From an uncultured Chloroflexia bacterium (GTDB lineage Bacteria > Chloroflexota > Limnocylindria > Limnocylindrales > CSP1-4): a DNA stretch of 64,000 bases. A program made the position numbers and the translations under genes. The DNA is taken from positions 264,291 to 328,290 of the forward strand of contig CAVSMY010000010.1 in NCBI GenBank assembly GCA_963729175.1, in the 5' to 3' direction. Under the pieces are notes generated by a model that was not told where the DNA came from, did no database searches, and worked only from the letters and a program-made list of their open reading frames with translations. Shown here one piece after another: positions 9,939 through 19,420 of the stretch (positions are counted from its first letter, which is position 1; every line of letters starts with the position of its first letter).

Positions 9939-9973
9939 TCAATGTCCGATATACCTTCAATGTGACATTGAAG
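9939..9973. promoter_or_regulatory. Candidate MarR operator in an AT-rich promoter island
   Basis: Perfect palindrome CTTCAATGT-G-ACATTGAAG at 9955-9973 plus an extra CAATGT half-site at 9939-9944. The local GC drop (9930-9990) lies ~40 nt upstream of the marR start. Confidence 0.55.
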
Positions 9974-10012
9974 ACCAGCCCGCGACCAGCCCGAGGGAAA
10001 AGGCGTTCTGCC

Positions 10013-10498
10013 GTGCCCACAGGCACCTCGCCCGACCGTCAGCAGCTCGCCGATGAGCTGCTCGACGAGCTCACCTCGTGGAAGCCGCGCGACTGGCTCC
10101 AGACGTTCAAGCGCTGGCAGCGCGGCTCGCTCAGTCTCGTCCATCTGAACGTCGTCGCGATCCTCGAGCAGAACGGTCCGACATCGATGAGCCAGCTGGC
10201 GGACGCGACGGACGTCTCCGTCGCGAGCATGACCGGCATCGTGAGCCGGATGGAGCAGCGCGGCCTCGTCGAGCGGCGCCACGCCGAAGAGGATCGGCGG
10301 CTCGTCGTCGTCCACCTCAGCACCCGCGGTGCCGCGGTCTTCGAACGCGTCGAGCTCCATCGTCGCGACCGCCTCCAGCGGCTCCTCCGGGAACTTGACG
10401 AGGAGCAGATGGCGGGCTTCCTGGCGGGGCTGCGCGGCCTGCGGGAGGCTCGCGCGCGGCTGGCCGCGACCGAACCGGACGACGAGACGGCCGGATGA
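10013..10498 (+). CDS. MarR-family transcriptional regulator (GTG start)
   Basis: MarR wHTH motif MSQLADATDVSVASMTGIVSRMEQRGLVERRHAEEDRRLVVVHLSTRG. The stop overlaps the start of the next gene (ATGA). Confidence 0.8.
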   Translation: MPTGTSPDRQQLADELLDELTSWKPRDWLQTFKRWQRGSLSLVHLNVVAILEQNGPTSMSQLADATDVSVASMTGIVSRMEQRGLVERRHAEEDRRLVVVHLSTRGAAVFERVELHRRDRLQRLLRELDEEQMAGFLAGLRGLREARARLAATEPDDETAG

Positions 10499-12225
10499 TC
10501 CCGCTGCTGCGGATGTATCTCCGCCCCTACAGGCTCCAGCTCGTCATCGTCCTCACGCTCCTGCTCATCCAGGCGATCGCGAACCTCTACCTGCCCGAGC
10601 TCAACGCCGAGATCATCAACAACGGCGTCCTCAAGGGCGACATCGACTACGTCATCCAGACCGGCGGGGTCATGCTCGTCGTGACCTTCCTGCTCGGCAT
10701 CGCCGCGATCATCGGCGTGTACTTCGGCGCTCGGGTCGCGATGGGCTTCGGGCGCGATGTCCGGAGCGCGATCTTCCGCAGAGTCGAGTCGTTCTCCCAG
10801 ACCGAGATCAACGGCTTCGGGACGGCCTCGCTCATCACCCGCAACACGAACGACGTCCAGCAGGTCCAGCAGGTCGTCTTCCTGGCCCTCACGGTCATCA
10901 TCTCGGCGCCGATCCTCGCCATCGGCGGGGTCATCATGGCCGTCCGCCAGGACGTCCCGCTGTCCGGCCTGCTGATCATCATCCTGCCGCTCATGTTCCT
11001 CGTCGTGGGCGTCGTCATGAGTCGGGCGATCCCGCTCTTCCAGGCGATCCAGAAGAAGCTGGACCGGATCAACCAGGTCATGCGGGAGACGCTCGCAGGC
11101 GTCCGTGTCATCCGGGCGTTCGTTCGGACCGAGCACGAGGAGCAGCGGTTCGACGAGGCCAGCCGGGACCTCTTCGTGACCTCGCTCCAGGTCAACCGCC
11201 TGTTCGCGGTGACGCTCCCGACCATCACCCTCATCTTCAATCTCTCGACCGTCGCGGTCCTGTGGTTCGGCAGCATCCGCGTCGACAGCGGCGAGATGCC
11301 GATCGGCAACCTGACCGCCTTCCTGGCCTATCTCATGCAGATCCTGTTCGCCGTCCTGACCGCGGTGATCCTGTTCATCACGGTCCCTCGAGCGGCCGTG
11401 TCGGCCGACCGGATCATGGCCGTCCTCCGGACCGAGACCTCGGTCGCCGACCCGGAGACCCCCGCCCCGCGCGCCATCGGGCGCGGTCGGATCGAGTTCC
11501 GGGACGTCGAGTTCGGCTACCCCGCCGCGGAGGATCCGGTGCTCCGGGCGATCTCGTTCACCGCCGAGCCGGGGACGACGACGGCGATCGTCGGCAGCAC
11601 CGGCAGCGGCAAGTCCACCCTCATCAACCTGGTGCCACGCTTCTACGACGTCACCGGCGGTGCGGTCCTGCTCGACGGTGTCGACATCCGCTCGATGCCC
11701 AAAGCCGAGCTCTGGAGACAGATCGGCGTCGTCCCCCAGAAGGCGTTCCTGTTCAGCGGGACCGTCGCGAGCAACCTTCGATACGGCGATGTGGAGGCGA
11801 CCGACCACCAACTCTGGCACGCCCTCGAGGTCGCCCAGGCCCGCGACTTCGTGGAGGAGATGGAGGGTGGGCTGGAGGCCCCGATCGCCCAGGGCGGCGC
11901 GAACGTCTCGGGTGGCCAGCGCCAGCGTCTCGCGATCGCCCGGGCGCTCACGAAACGCGCCGACGTCTACCTCTTCGACGACAGCTTCTCGGCGCTCGAC
12001 GTGAAGACCGACGCGCTCCTCCGGGCCGCGCTCAAACGCGACCTGAGCGGCTCGACCGTGATCATCGTCGCCCAGCGGATCGCGACGATCCTCGGGGCGG
12101 ACCAGATCGTCGTGCTCGAGAATGGGTCGATCGTCGGCATCGGCGGTCACGCCGAGCTGCTCGAGACCTGTGAGACCTACCGCGAGATCGTGTACTCGCA
12201 GATGAGCGCCGAGGAGGCGGCATGA
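10495..12225 (+). CDS. ABC transporter, fused permease/ATP-binding subunit (exporter type)
   Basis: 6 TMS then Walker A GSTGSGKST, signature LSGGQRQR, Walker B VYLFDD. Confidence 0.9.
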   Translation: MIPLLRMYLRPYRLQLVIVLTLLLIQAIANLYLPELNAEIINNGVLKGDIDYVIQTGGVMLVVTFLLGIAAIIGVYFGARVAMGFGRDVRSAIFRRVESFSQTEINGFGTASLITRNTNDVQQVQQVVFLALTVIISAPILAIGGVIMAVRQDVPLSGLLIIILPLMFLVVGVVMSRAIPLFQAIQKKLDRINQVMRETLAGVRVIRAFVRTEHEEQRFDEASRDLFVTSLQVNRLFAVTLPTITLIFNLSTVAVLWFGSIRVDSGEMPIGNLTAFLAYLMQILFAVLTAVILFITVPRAAVSADRIMAVLRTETSVADPETPAPRAIGRGRIEFRDVEFGYPAAEDPVLRAISFTAEPGTTTAIVGSTGSGKSTLINLVPRFYDVTGGAVLLDGVDIRSMPKAELWRQIGVVPQKAFLFSGTVASNLRYGDVEATDHQLWHALEVAQARDFVEEMEGGLEAPIAQGGANVSGGQRQRLAIARALTKRADVYLFDDSFSALDVKTDALLRAALKRDLSGSTVIIVAQRIATILGADQIVVLENGSIVGIGGHAELLETCETYREIVYSQMSAEEAA

Positions 12226-14198
12226 GCGGGCCGGGGATGGGCGGTCGGCGACCACCGCCGGGTGGCTTCCGCGGCCCGGGGGGTCCCGGCGGGCCAGGCT
12301 TCATGAGCATGGCCGCCGAGAAGCCGAAGGACTTCCGCACCACGTTCCTCCGCCTCCTCCAGCGCCTTCGACCGGAGGCCCCGCGGATCATCCTCGTCAT
12401 CCTGCTCGCCGTGGTGAGCGTCTCCCTCGTCGTGGTCGGACCGCGGCTGCTCGGCGAGGCCACGAACATCCTGTTCGAGGGCGTGGTCGGCGGACAGCTG
12501 CCTGCCGGGATGACCCAGCAACAGGCCGAGGCGGCACTCCGCGCCGCCGGTCAGGACCAGCTCGCCGACATGCTGTCGGGGATGACCGTCACGCCCGGGG
12601 AGGGCGTCGACTTCGAGGCGCTCGGACGCATCCTCGCCATCGTCGCCGTCATCTACATCATCAGCGCGGTCTTCTCGTGGGGCCAGGCGTACGTCATGGC
12701 CGGCGTGTCGCAGCGGACCGTCTACCGCCTCCGACAGGACGTCGACGAGAAGCTGTCGCGCCTCCCGCTCAAGTACTTCGACGATCACCCGCGGGGCGAC
12801 ATCCTCAGTCGCGTGACGAACGACATCGACAACATCTCGCAGACGCTCCAGCAGAGCCTGACCCAGCTCATCACCGCGGTGCTGACGCTCATCGGCATCC
12901 TGCTGATGATGTTCCTCATCAGTCCCCTCCTCGCGGTGATCTCGTTGCTGACCGTGCCCCTGTCGGTCGTCCTCACGATCTTCATCGCCAGGCGCTCGCA
13001 GAAGGAGTTCGCGGCCCAGTGGCAGCGGACCGGCGCGCTCAACGGCCACGTCGAGGAGATGCATACCGGCCACGCCATCGTCAAGGTGTTCGGCCGGCAG
13101 GAGGAGGCGATCGCGAAGTTCGAGATCGAGAACGATGGCCTCTACGACGCCTCGTATCGGGCCCAGTTCATCTCCGGCATCATCCAGCCGGCCCTGAGCT
13201 TCATCTCGAACATCAACTACGTCGCCATCTGCGTCATCGGCGGGATCCAGGTGGCCAACGGCCAGATGTCGCTGGGTGACGTCCAGGCGTTCATCCAGTA
13301 CTCACGCCAGTTCACCTTCCCGATCATCCAGACGGCGAGCATCGCGAACGTCATCCAGTCGGCCGTCGCCTCGGCCGAGCGGGTCTTCGAGCTCCTCGAC
13401 GAGGCCGAGGAGGTGCCCGACACGGCCACGCCGCGAGTCCTCGGCGATGTCGCCGGCAGGGTCGTCCTCCAGGACGTCTCGTTCCGCTACCGGCCCGAGA
13501 CGCCGCTCATCGATGACCTGAGCGTCAGCGTCGAGCCGGGCCGGACCGTCGCGATCGTCGGGCCGACAGGCGCCGGCAAGACCACCGTCGTCAACCTCCT
13601 CATGCGGTTCTACGAGATCGACGCCGGCAGCATCTCCATCGACGGCATCGACACCCGGGAGCTGACCCGAGACGGCCTGCGGCGGACATTCGGGATGGTC
13701 CTCCAGGACACCTGGCTGTTCGGCGGGACGATCCGCGACAACATCGGCTACGGGCGCGAGGGCGCGACCGAGGCGCAGATCGTGGCCGCGGCCGAGGCGG
13801 CCCATGTCGACCACTTCGTGCGGACCCTGCCGGACGGCTACGACACGGTCGTCGACGACGACGCGACGAACCTCTCGGCCGGCGAGAAGCAGCTCCTCAC
13901 GATCGCCCGGGCGTTCCTCGCCGACCCGCCCATCCTCATCCTCGACGAGGCGACGTCGTCGGTCGACACCCGGACCGAGGTCCTGATCCAGCGCGCGATG
14001 CGGCGGCTGATGGAGGGCCGGACGACCTTCGTCATCGCCCACCGGCTCTCGACGATCCGGGACGCCGACACGATCCTCGTGATGGACCACGGCGCGATCG
14101 TGGAGCAGGGCACCCACGAGGAGCTGCTCGCGCGCCACGGCTTCTACGCCGACCTGTACGAGAGCCAGTTCGCCGAGCCGCTGGAGGAAGCCTCCTGA
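12222..14198 (+). CDS. ABC transporter, fused permease/ATP-binding subunit (heterodimer partner)
   Basis: Walker A GPTGAGKTT, signature LSAGEKQL, Walker B ILILDEATS. ATGA overlap with the upstream gene. Confidence 0.9.
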   Translation: MSGPGMGGRRPPPGGFRGPGGPGGPGFMSMAAEKPKDFRTTFLRLLQRLRPEAPRIILVILLAVVSVSLVVVGPRLLGEATNILFEGVVGGQLPAGMTQQQAEAALRAAGQDQLADMLSGMTVTPGEGVDFEALGRILAIVAVIYIISAVFSWGQAYVMAGVSQRTVYRLRQDVDEKLSRLPLKYFDDHPRGDILSRVTNDIDNISQTLQQSLTQLITAVLTLIGILLMMFLISPLLAVISLLTVPLSVVLTIFIARRSQKEFAAQWQRTGALNGHVEEMHTGHAIVKVFGRQEEAIAKFEIENDGLYDASYRAQFISGIIQPALSFISNINYVAICVIGGIQVANGQMSLGDVQAFIQYSRQFTFPIIQTASIANVIQSAVASAERVFELLDEAEEVPDTATPRVLGDVAGRVVLQDVSFRYRPETPLIDDLSVSVEPGRTVAIVGPTGAGKTTVVNLLMRFYEIDAGSISIDGIDTRELTRDGLRRTFGMVLQDTWLFGGTIRDNIGYGREGATEAQIVAAAEAAHVDHFVRTLPDGYDTVVDDDATNLSAGEKQLLTIARAFLADPPILILDEATSSVDTRTEVLIQRAMRRLMEGRTTFVIAHRLSTIRDADTILVMDHGAIVEQGTHEELLARHGFYADLYESQFAEPLEEAS

Positions 14199-14250
14199 GG
14201 CCCGGATCCCGAGCCGGCTGAGGGCGACTGCCCCGGGCGCGTCTCGGGTG

Positions 14251-14835
14251 TCAGTCCGTCGAGCGAGGCTGGTTCGCCCGCTCGCCGCGCTGGGCGAGCG
14301 TCGCCGTCTCGGTGATCCGGGCAGACCGCGTCTCCGCCCGCTTCGCGACGGCGATCCAGGTGAGGATCTGCTTGCGGACGCTCGGCGAGAAGGTCGCCCA
14401 GTGGGTCGCCGCCGGCGGTGAGGCGTCGAGGGCCGCTTCGAGATCGGCCGGCACCTCCAGGCGTTCCGGCCCATCGAGGACCGTCCACGACCCGTCCGCC
14501 TTGGCTCGCTCGATGGCCGCGAGTCCGGCCGGTGCCATCCGCCCCTCGGCCGTGAGCCGCTCCACCCGGGCCTTGTTCGTCGCCGCCCACCCGCTGCCCC
14601 GACGCCGAGGCGCGAAGTACAGCTTGGAGCGCTCGTCGTCGACTCGACCGCCCTGGCTGTCGACCCAGCCGAAGCACAGCGCTTCCTCGACCATCACGTC
14701 GTAGTCCAGGCCGACCCGATCCGACGAGCTCCGCCACGTCACCAGCCACACGCCCGATCCCGAGGCATGGTTCGCCTCGAGCCACGAGCGCCACGTCTGA
14801 CGGTCGTGGGCCTCGACGATCGGCGCGTCCTCGAG
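14251..14835 (-). CDS. YdeI/OmpD-associated family protein (DUF1801-like)
   Basis: WRSWLEANHASGSGVWLVTWRSS...EEALCFGWVDS...YFAPRRRGSGWAATNK pattern of the OmdA/YdeI family. Start probably GTG near 14835. Confidence 0.6.
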   Translation of the reverse strand, partial: LEDAPIVEAHDRQTWRSWLEANHASGSGVWLVTWRSSSDRVGLDYDVMVEEALCFGWVDSQGGRVDDERSKLYFAPRRRGSGWAATNKARVERLTAEGRMAPAGLAAIERAKADGSWTVLDGPERLEVPADLEAALDASPPAATHWATFSPSVRKQILTWIAVAKRAETRSARITETATLAQRGERANQPRSTD

Positions 14836-15182
14836 TGCACCCACGCCCGAACGATACCGGTGCCGGTGCGACCCTCGCCGTCGGTCGCGCACGTGGTCTC
14901 GGTCCGGCCACTCACTGCCGATGGGCGCGTGGTGCGCAGAACGACGGAGGAACGGTCGAAGCGGGTCCGCAGGGCGGCAGGCGCGGCGTCGGTCCGCCGG
15001 ATCGCTCACTCGGGTCGCACATCGACGCAGGAGGGCCGGCCCGCTCGCCTCCACCGGTGCTGCTCCCTCGTTGCGCGCGTGTGGTGTGCATCGACCGCCC
15101 GGTCATGACCTCCAGCCCTTGTCGAACGTCCACCGCCGGGTCGATGCTCGATGTCAGTCGTACGCGACCACGGAGGTGACCG

Positions 15183-15389
15183 ATGACAGTCAAGCCGGGA
15201 GACACGATCACGATCGAGTCGGAGCGGGTCGGACAGCCCCCACGCCGGGGCGAGATCCTGGAGGTGATCGAGTCGCCCACCGGGACGGACTACCGTGTCC
15301 GCTGGGAGGACGGTCGCGAAACGGCGATCCGCCCAGCAGCCGGGAGCGCGACGATCCACGCCCGTCAGAGGGCAGAGACACCGCGCTGA
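15183..15389 (+). CDS. DUF1918 domain protein (68 aa)
   Basis: MTVKPGDTITIESERVGQPPRRGEILEVIES...YRVRWEDGRETAIRPAAGSATIH; GGAGGTG SD upstream. Confidence 0.65.
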   Translation: MTVKPGDTITIESERVGQPPRRGEILEVIESPTGTDYRVRWEDGRETAIRPAAGSATIHARQRAETPR

Positions 15390-15391
15390 TA

Positions 15392-15432
15392 CGACCACGC
15401 CGCCGTCCGGCACCCACGGAGAGCCAGGACGG
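15392..15432. terminator. Hairpin between convergent genes
   Basis: GCCGCCGTCC-N18-GGACGGCGGC (10-bp arms). Confidence 0.4.
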
Positions 15433-15474
15433 CGGCTGCCGCCAGGGAGACGACCCGGCGCGAGCGTGCCGGAG

Positions 15475-17154
15475 CTATGCCCCGGCAGCGACCTTCGCGC
15501 GGTCCTTGAGGATCTGGCCGGCCGCGAGCTTGCCCGGGGCGCCCATCACGCAGCCGCCCGGATGCGTCCCCGAGCCGCACTGGTAGTAGCCATGGATCGG
15601 GGTCCGGTACTGCGACCAGCCCGGCGCGGGTCGGAAGAAGAACATCTGGGGGGCGAGGAACTCGCCAGCGAAGATGTTGCCCTCCGACAGTCCGACGGTC
15701 CGCTCGATATCGAGCGGCGTCCGGATCTCGCGCTGCAGGACCAGGTCGCCGAAGCCCGGGAAGAACGACTCGAGGGTCGCCTGGACGGTGTCGCCCAGGT
15801 TCTCCTTCTCGGTGTCCCAGTCGCTCTCGCGGAGGTGGTAGGGCGCGTACTGGACGAAGCAGCTCATCACCGCCTTGCCGGGCGGGGCCATGTCCGGGTC
15901 GACCTGGCTCTGGATGGCGCAGTCGAGGTATGGCCGCTTCGAGTACCAGCCGTACTTCGCGTCGTCATAGGCCCGCTCGAGGTATTCCATCGATGGGCCG
16001 ATGTTCGTGAAGCCGCGGTACTGGTCGGTCCGGTCGCCCAGGGCCGGGTAGCGCGGGACGCCATCGAGCGCGAAGTTCACCTTGGCCGAGGTGCCCTGGA
16101 AGCGGAAGCGCTGGATCGTGTCGACGAGATCGGTCGGCAGCTCGCGTGGCTCGACCAGCTGGAGGAACGTCCGCCGCGGGTCGAGGGCCGAGACGACGAC
16201 CGGAGCGTAGAACTCGGTCCCATCGGTCAGGGCGACACCGGTCGCCTCGCCGTTCTTCGTGATGACGTGGTCGACCGGCGACTCCAGCTTGATCTCCACC
16301 CCGAACGACTCAGCCGCCCGGGCCAGGACCTGGGTGAAGCCGCCGTTGCCGCGCTTGTGGAAGGCCCAGGCCCCGAACTCGCCGTCGTGCTCGCCCAGGA
16401 TGTGATACAGGAGCACCAAGCCGGAGCCCTGCGAGTACGGCCCGACCTTGGTGCCGATGATCGCCGATGAGGCCATGTAGCCCTTGAGGATGTCCGACTC
16501 GAAGTAGTCGTCGAGGAAGTCGGCGGCCGAGCCGGTCAGCAGACGGACGGCATCGTGGACGACCTTCTTGTCGAGCTTGCGGAACCGCGAGCCGAGCGCG
16601 GCGAGCGCCACGAGCTCCTCCGGGTCGTCGCTGAAGATGTCCGGCGGGACCTGGTCCAGCAGCGGCTTGATCGCCTGGATGACCTTGTTGACGTCGTGAT
16701 TGAACGCGTCGTACGCGTCTGCGTCGTGCTTGCTGTGCCGGGCGATCTCGGCCTGGTTCTCCTGGTGGTCCTGCCCGAGCAGCATGTGATCGCCGTTCTC
16801 CATCGGGCAGAACGTCGTCGGCATGAGGATCGGCATGAAGCCGTGCTTGACGAGCTCGAGCTCCTGGATGATGTCGGGCCGCAGCAGGCTCAGGGCGTAC
16901 GAGAACGTCGTGAACCAGAACCCCGGGCGCAGCTCCTCGGTGATCGCCGCGCCGCCGACGAGATGGCGGCGCTCGAGGACCAGGACCCTGAGGCCCGACT
17001 TGGCGAGGTAGGCCCCGTTGGTCAGACCGTTGTGGCCGCCTCCGATGACGATCGCGTCGTACGTCCGGTCAGCGGCCGTCGACGCCCGGCTCGTCCGGGC
17101 GCGGGTCGGCTTCCTGGGCTCGGGCTTCTTCGGCGCGGGCTTGGTCTTCGGCAT
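15475..17154 (-). CDS. FAD/NAD(P)-binding oxidoreductase, phytoene-desaturase/amine-oxidase superfamily
   Basis: Rossmann motif YDAIVIGGGHNGLTNGAYLAKSGLRVLVLE and a C-terminal flavin-binding region. Unusual 35-aa Lys/Pro-rich N-terminal tail. Confidence 0.85.
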   Translation of the reverse strand: MPKTKPAPKKPEPRKPTRARTSRASTAADRTYDAIVIGGGHNGLTNGAYLAKSGLRVLVLERRHLVGGAAITEELRPGFWFTTFSYALSLLRPDIIQELELVKHGFMPILMPTTFCPMENGDHMLLGQDHQENQAEIARHSKHDADAYDAFNHDVNKVIQAIKPLLDQVPPDIFSDDPEELVALAALGSRFRKLDKKVVHDAVRLLTGSAADFLDDYFESDILKGYMASSAIIGTKVGPYSQGSGLVLLYHILGEHDGEFGAWAFHKRGNGGFTQVLARAAESFGVEIKLESPVDHVITKNGEATGVALTDGTEFYAPVVVSALDPRRTFLQLVEPRELPTDLVDTIQRFRFQGTSAKVNFALDGVPRYPALGDRTDQYRGFTNIGPSMEYLERAYDDAKYGWYSKRPYLDCAIQSQVDPDMAPPGKAVMSCFVQYAPYHLRESDWDTEKENLGDTVQATLESFFPGFGDLVLQREIRTPLDIERTVGLSEGNIFAGEFLAPQMFFFRPAPGWSQYRTPIHGYYQCGSGTHPGGCVMGAPGKLAAGQILKDRAKVAAGA

Positions 17155-17155
17155 G

Positions 17156-18355
17156 TCAGGCGGTCCTTCGCTCGGGGTTGAACAGGGGTGTCCGGGCGAC
17201 CTGCGCGTCGAAGTACTCGTAGCGGTGGTTCACCGCCAGCTCGAGCTTGACCCGTGACCCGATCGCCGTCCGGTCCAGCGGCACCCGCGCGAGGGCGATG
17301 TGGCGCTGCAGCATCGGCGAGTACATCTGGCTCGTCGCGTAGCCGAGCTGGTTGAGGTCGTCGTCGTAGATGTAGTACTCGTCCTGGATGGGGGTGTGGT
17401 CCTTGGGCGGGATGAGCCCCGCCGCGTCGTAGATCCGGTCGTAGTCCTGCCAGTCGACGACGAGCCCGCTGAGCCGCCAGCGCGACGACTTGTCGCGGAT
17501 CTCCCGGATGATCGCGTCGCGCCCGATGAACTCGCGGTCGTCGGTCTCGATGCCCCGGAGCATCCAGCCCAGGCCGAGCTCGACCGGCGACGACCGGTCG
17601 GCGTCCGTCCAGGCGAACCGGCTGGAGTGGAAGTCCACGTCGAGAAGGATGAGACCGGCCTCGATCCGGGTCATGTACAGCGCGGTCATCCCGAACGGGA
17701 TGACGCCGCGTCCGCGGCTGCCGTCCCAGACCGCGTCCCAGACCTTGAGCGCGTCTCCGGCGGGGATCCAGATCTCGTAGCCCAGGTCGCCGCTGTAGCC
17801 GGTCCGCGAGACATGGACCGGGACCTTCGCGACCTTGGTCGAGGTCAGGCCGAAGTACGGCAGCCCAGCGATCGCGTCCGAGAGCGGCGCGAGGATCTCG
17901 CGCGACCGGGGGCCCTGGACCGACAGGATCGCCCAGTCGTCGGTCACGTCATCGATGCCGACGTCGAGGCCGCCGCGGAGCTCGTCGAAGTAGGCGAGAT
18001 TCGGTTCGGCCGCGGTGAGGACGAAGTCCTGTCGCCCGTGCCGGAGGACGACCCCATCCTCGACGACGTAGCCGCGGTCGTCGCACCAGATCGTGTATTG
18101 GGCATGGCCGGGCGGGCAGGTCCGGATGTCGCGGGCCATGACGCCGGCCAGGTAGCGCTCGGCGTCGGGGCCGTGGAAGCGGTACTTGTACAGCGGCGAG
18201 GTGTCGAACAGGGCGGCCGCGTTGCGGACCGCGAAGTACTCGAACTTCTCGGACATCTGGTAGCGGGTGGCCACGAGATGGTTCGACCAGTGTTCCCACA
18301 GGCCGGTCTCGTTGAGCGCGCTGGTGCGCTCGTGGAACGGCGTCGTCCGGATCAT
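17156..18355 (-). CDS. Aminomethyltransferase (GcvT/folate-binding) family protein
   Basis: GcvT-family domain architecture. Its stop overlaps the start of the downstream oxidoreductase, giving an operon. Confidence 0.85.
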   Translation of the reverse strand: MIRTTPFHERTSALNETGLWEHWSNHLVATRYQMSEKFEYFAVRNAAALFDTSPLYKYRFHGPDAERYLAGVMARDIRTCPPGHAQYTIWCDDRGYVVEDGVVLRHGRQDFVLTAAEPNLAYFDELRGGLDVGIDDVTDDWAILSVQGPRSREILAPLSDAIAGLPYFGLTSTKVAKVPVHVSRTGYSGDLGYEIWIPAGDALKVWDAVWDGSRGRGVIPFGMTALYMTRIEAGLILLDVDFHSSRFAWTDADRSSPVELGLGWMLRGIETDDREFIGRDAIIREIRDKSSRWRLSGLVVDWQDYDRIYDAAGLIPPKDHTPIQDEYYIYDDDLNQLGYATSQMYSPMLQRHIALARVPLDRTAIGSRVKLELAVNHRYEYFDAQVARTPLFNPERRTA

Positions 18356-18394
18356 CGGCCCCTCGGTCGTGCGCAGCTTGGGACGTCGGACGCC

Positions 18395-18445
18395 TGGCGA
18401 CCGACGGTCCGCGCATCCTACGTTGTTATTGGACGGCTGCGCAAT
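18395..18445. promoter_or_regulatory. Candidate TetR operator in the divergent intergenic region
   Basis: TTATTG-gacggctgcg-CAATAg inverted repeat flanked by CCTACG direct repeats. It lies between the gcvT-like operon and the tetR start at 18457. Confidence 0.35.
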
Positions 18446-18456
18446 AGCGTCCTACG

Positions 18457-19302
18457 ATGCGGGCCATGGCTCGCCTGTCGCCCGCCGATCGCCGCGACAT
18501 GATCGTCGACGCCGCCCTCGCCGTGGCCCTCCGCAACGGCCTGGCCTCGACGACGGTCCGCGACGTGGCGGCCGAGATGGGCACGTCATCAGGGCTCATC
18601 CATCACTACTTCGACTCGATGGACGATGTCCTGGCCGCCGCCTTCGACCGGGCGGCCTCGGCGGATCTCGAGCGCTCCGCGGAACGGATCGCGGCGGCCC
18701 CCGATCCCTCGGCCGCGCTGGCCGGCTTCTTCGCGACCTATGCGCCGGTGGAAGCCGACTGGGCATTCCAGCTGTGGCTCGACGCCTGGGCCGAGGCGGC
18801 CCGCCGACCTGCCCTCCGGGCGACCTCGCGTCGTCTCAATCTGGCCTGGCAGCGCCTGCTCGCGACGACGATCCAGGCGGGTGTCGCGGACCGGTCCTTC
18901 CGGTGTGCCGATCCGGCGGGGGCCGCGTGGCGGATCCTGTCGCTGCTCGATGGGCTGGCTCTCCAGGTCGTCGCCCACCGGACGACTCTCCGCCGCGCGG
19001 ATGTCCTCGTCTGGGCCAGCGCGTTCGCCGAGGCAGAGCTGGATCTTCCGCCCGGGGCGCTCGCGGCGGCCTCTCGCCGGGCGCCGCGGCCGGATCAGGG
19101 CCGGCGGTCGGAACCGGGCGCGATGGCCCAGCGACCCGCGAGCACCGAGCTGAGTCGCCCAGCGACTGAACCGACGTCGGACCGGCGCTCGCGCCAGCCC
19201 GATCGACCATTCCTCCCTCGATCGAGTCGCCCAGCGGCTCAAGCGACGGCGGTGCGGAAGCTGCGCGACCCTTCTTCGTCCGTTGACTCGCCCAGAGAGT
19301 GA
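18457..19302 (+). CDS. TetR-family transcriptional regulator (C-terminal ~70 aa encoded by repeat DNA)
   Basis: N-terminal TetR HTH (TTVRDVAAEMGTSSGLIHHYFDS). The ORF runs into the 19.1-19.3 kb repeat block, which is low complexity and rich in P/R/S. Confidence 0.8.
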   Translation: MRAMARLSPADRRDMIVDAALAVALRNGLASTTVRDVAAEMGTSSGLIHHYFDSMDDVLAAAFDRAASADLERSAERIAAAPDPSAALAGFFATYAPVEADWAFQLWLDAWAEAARRPALRATSRRLNLAWQRLLATTIQAGVADRSFRCADPAGAAWRILSLLDGLALQVVAHRTTLRRADVLVWASAFAEAELDLPPGALAAASRRAPRPDQGRRSEPGAMAQRPASTELSRPATEPTSDRRSRQPDRPFLPRSSRPAAQATAVRKLRDPSSSVDSPRE

Positions 19303-19420
19303 CGCCGAACGTCGCGGCCGAGGCGTCGCGGAAGCGCCGAACGTCGCGGCCGAGGCGTCGCCGAAGCGCCGAACGTCACCGCCGCGTCGCGGCCGGATCA
19401 GGGCCGGCGTTCCCGGCTGA
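19150..19420. repeat. Repeat block: 25-mer GAGTCGCCCAGCGACTGAACCGACG, ~2.5 tandem copies of a ~32-bp unit (19293-19390), and a duplicated 21-mer GCGGCCGGATCAGGGCCGGCG
   Basis: Direct inspection. A related 25-mer and further 'gagtcgcccag' units recur at 21.2-21.45 kb. Confidence 0.6.

Noticed and set aside
10039-12255. 738-aa minus-strand ORF antisense to the two ABC transporter genes
   Set aside because: Arg/Asp/Glu/Gly low-complexity translation with no motifs. The plus strand carries well-supported ABC genes with Walker A/B and signature motifs. Long antisense ORFs are expected by chance in ~70% GC DNA.
19293-19390. Tandem repeats (also 21222-21293, 58521-58585, 44870-44905) as possible CRISPR arrays
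   Set aside because: The units are contiguous or near-contiguous with no unique spacers, copy number is 3 or fewer, and there are no cas genes in the window. They are simple tandem or minisatellite-like repeats.
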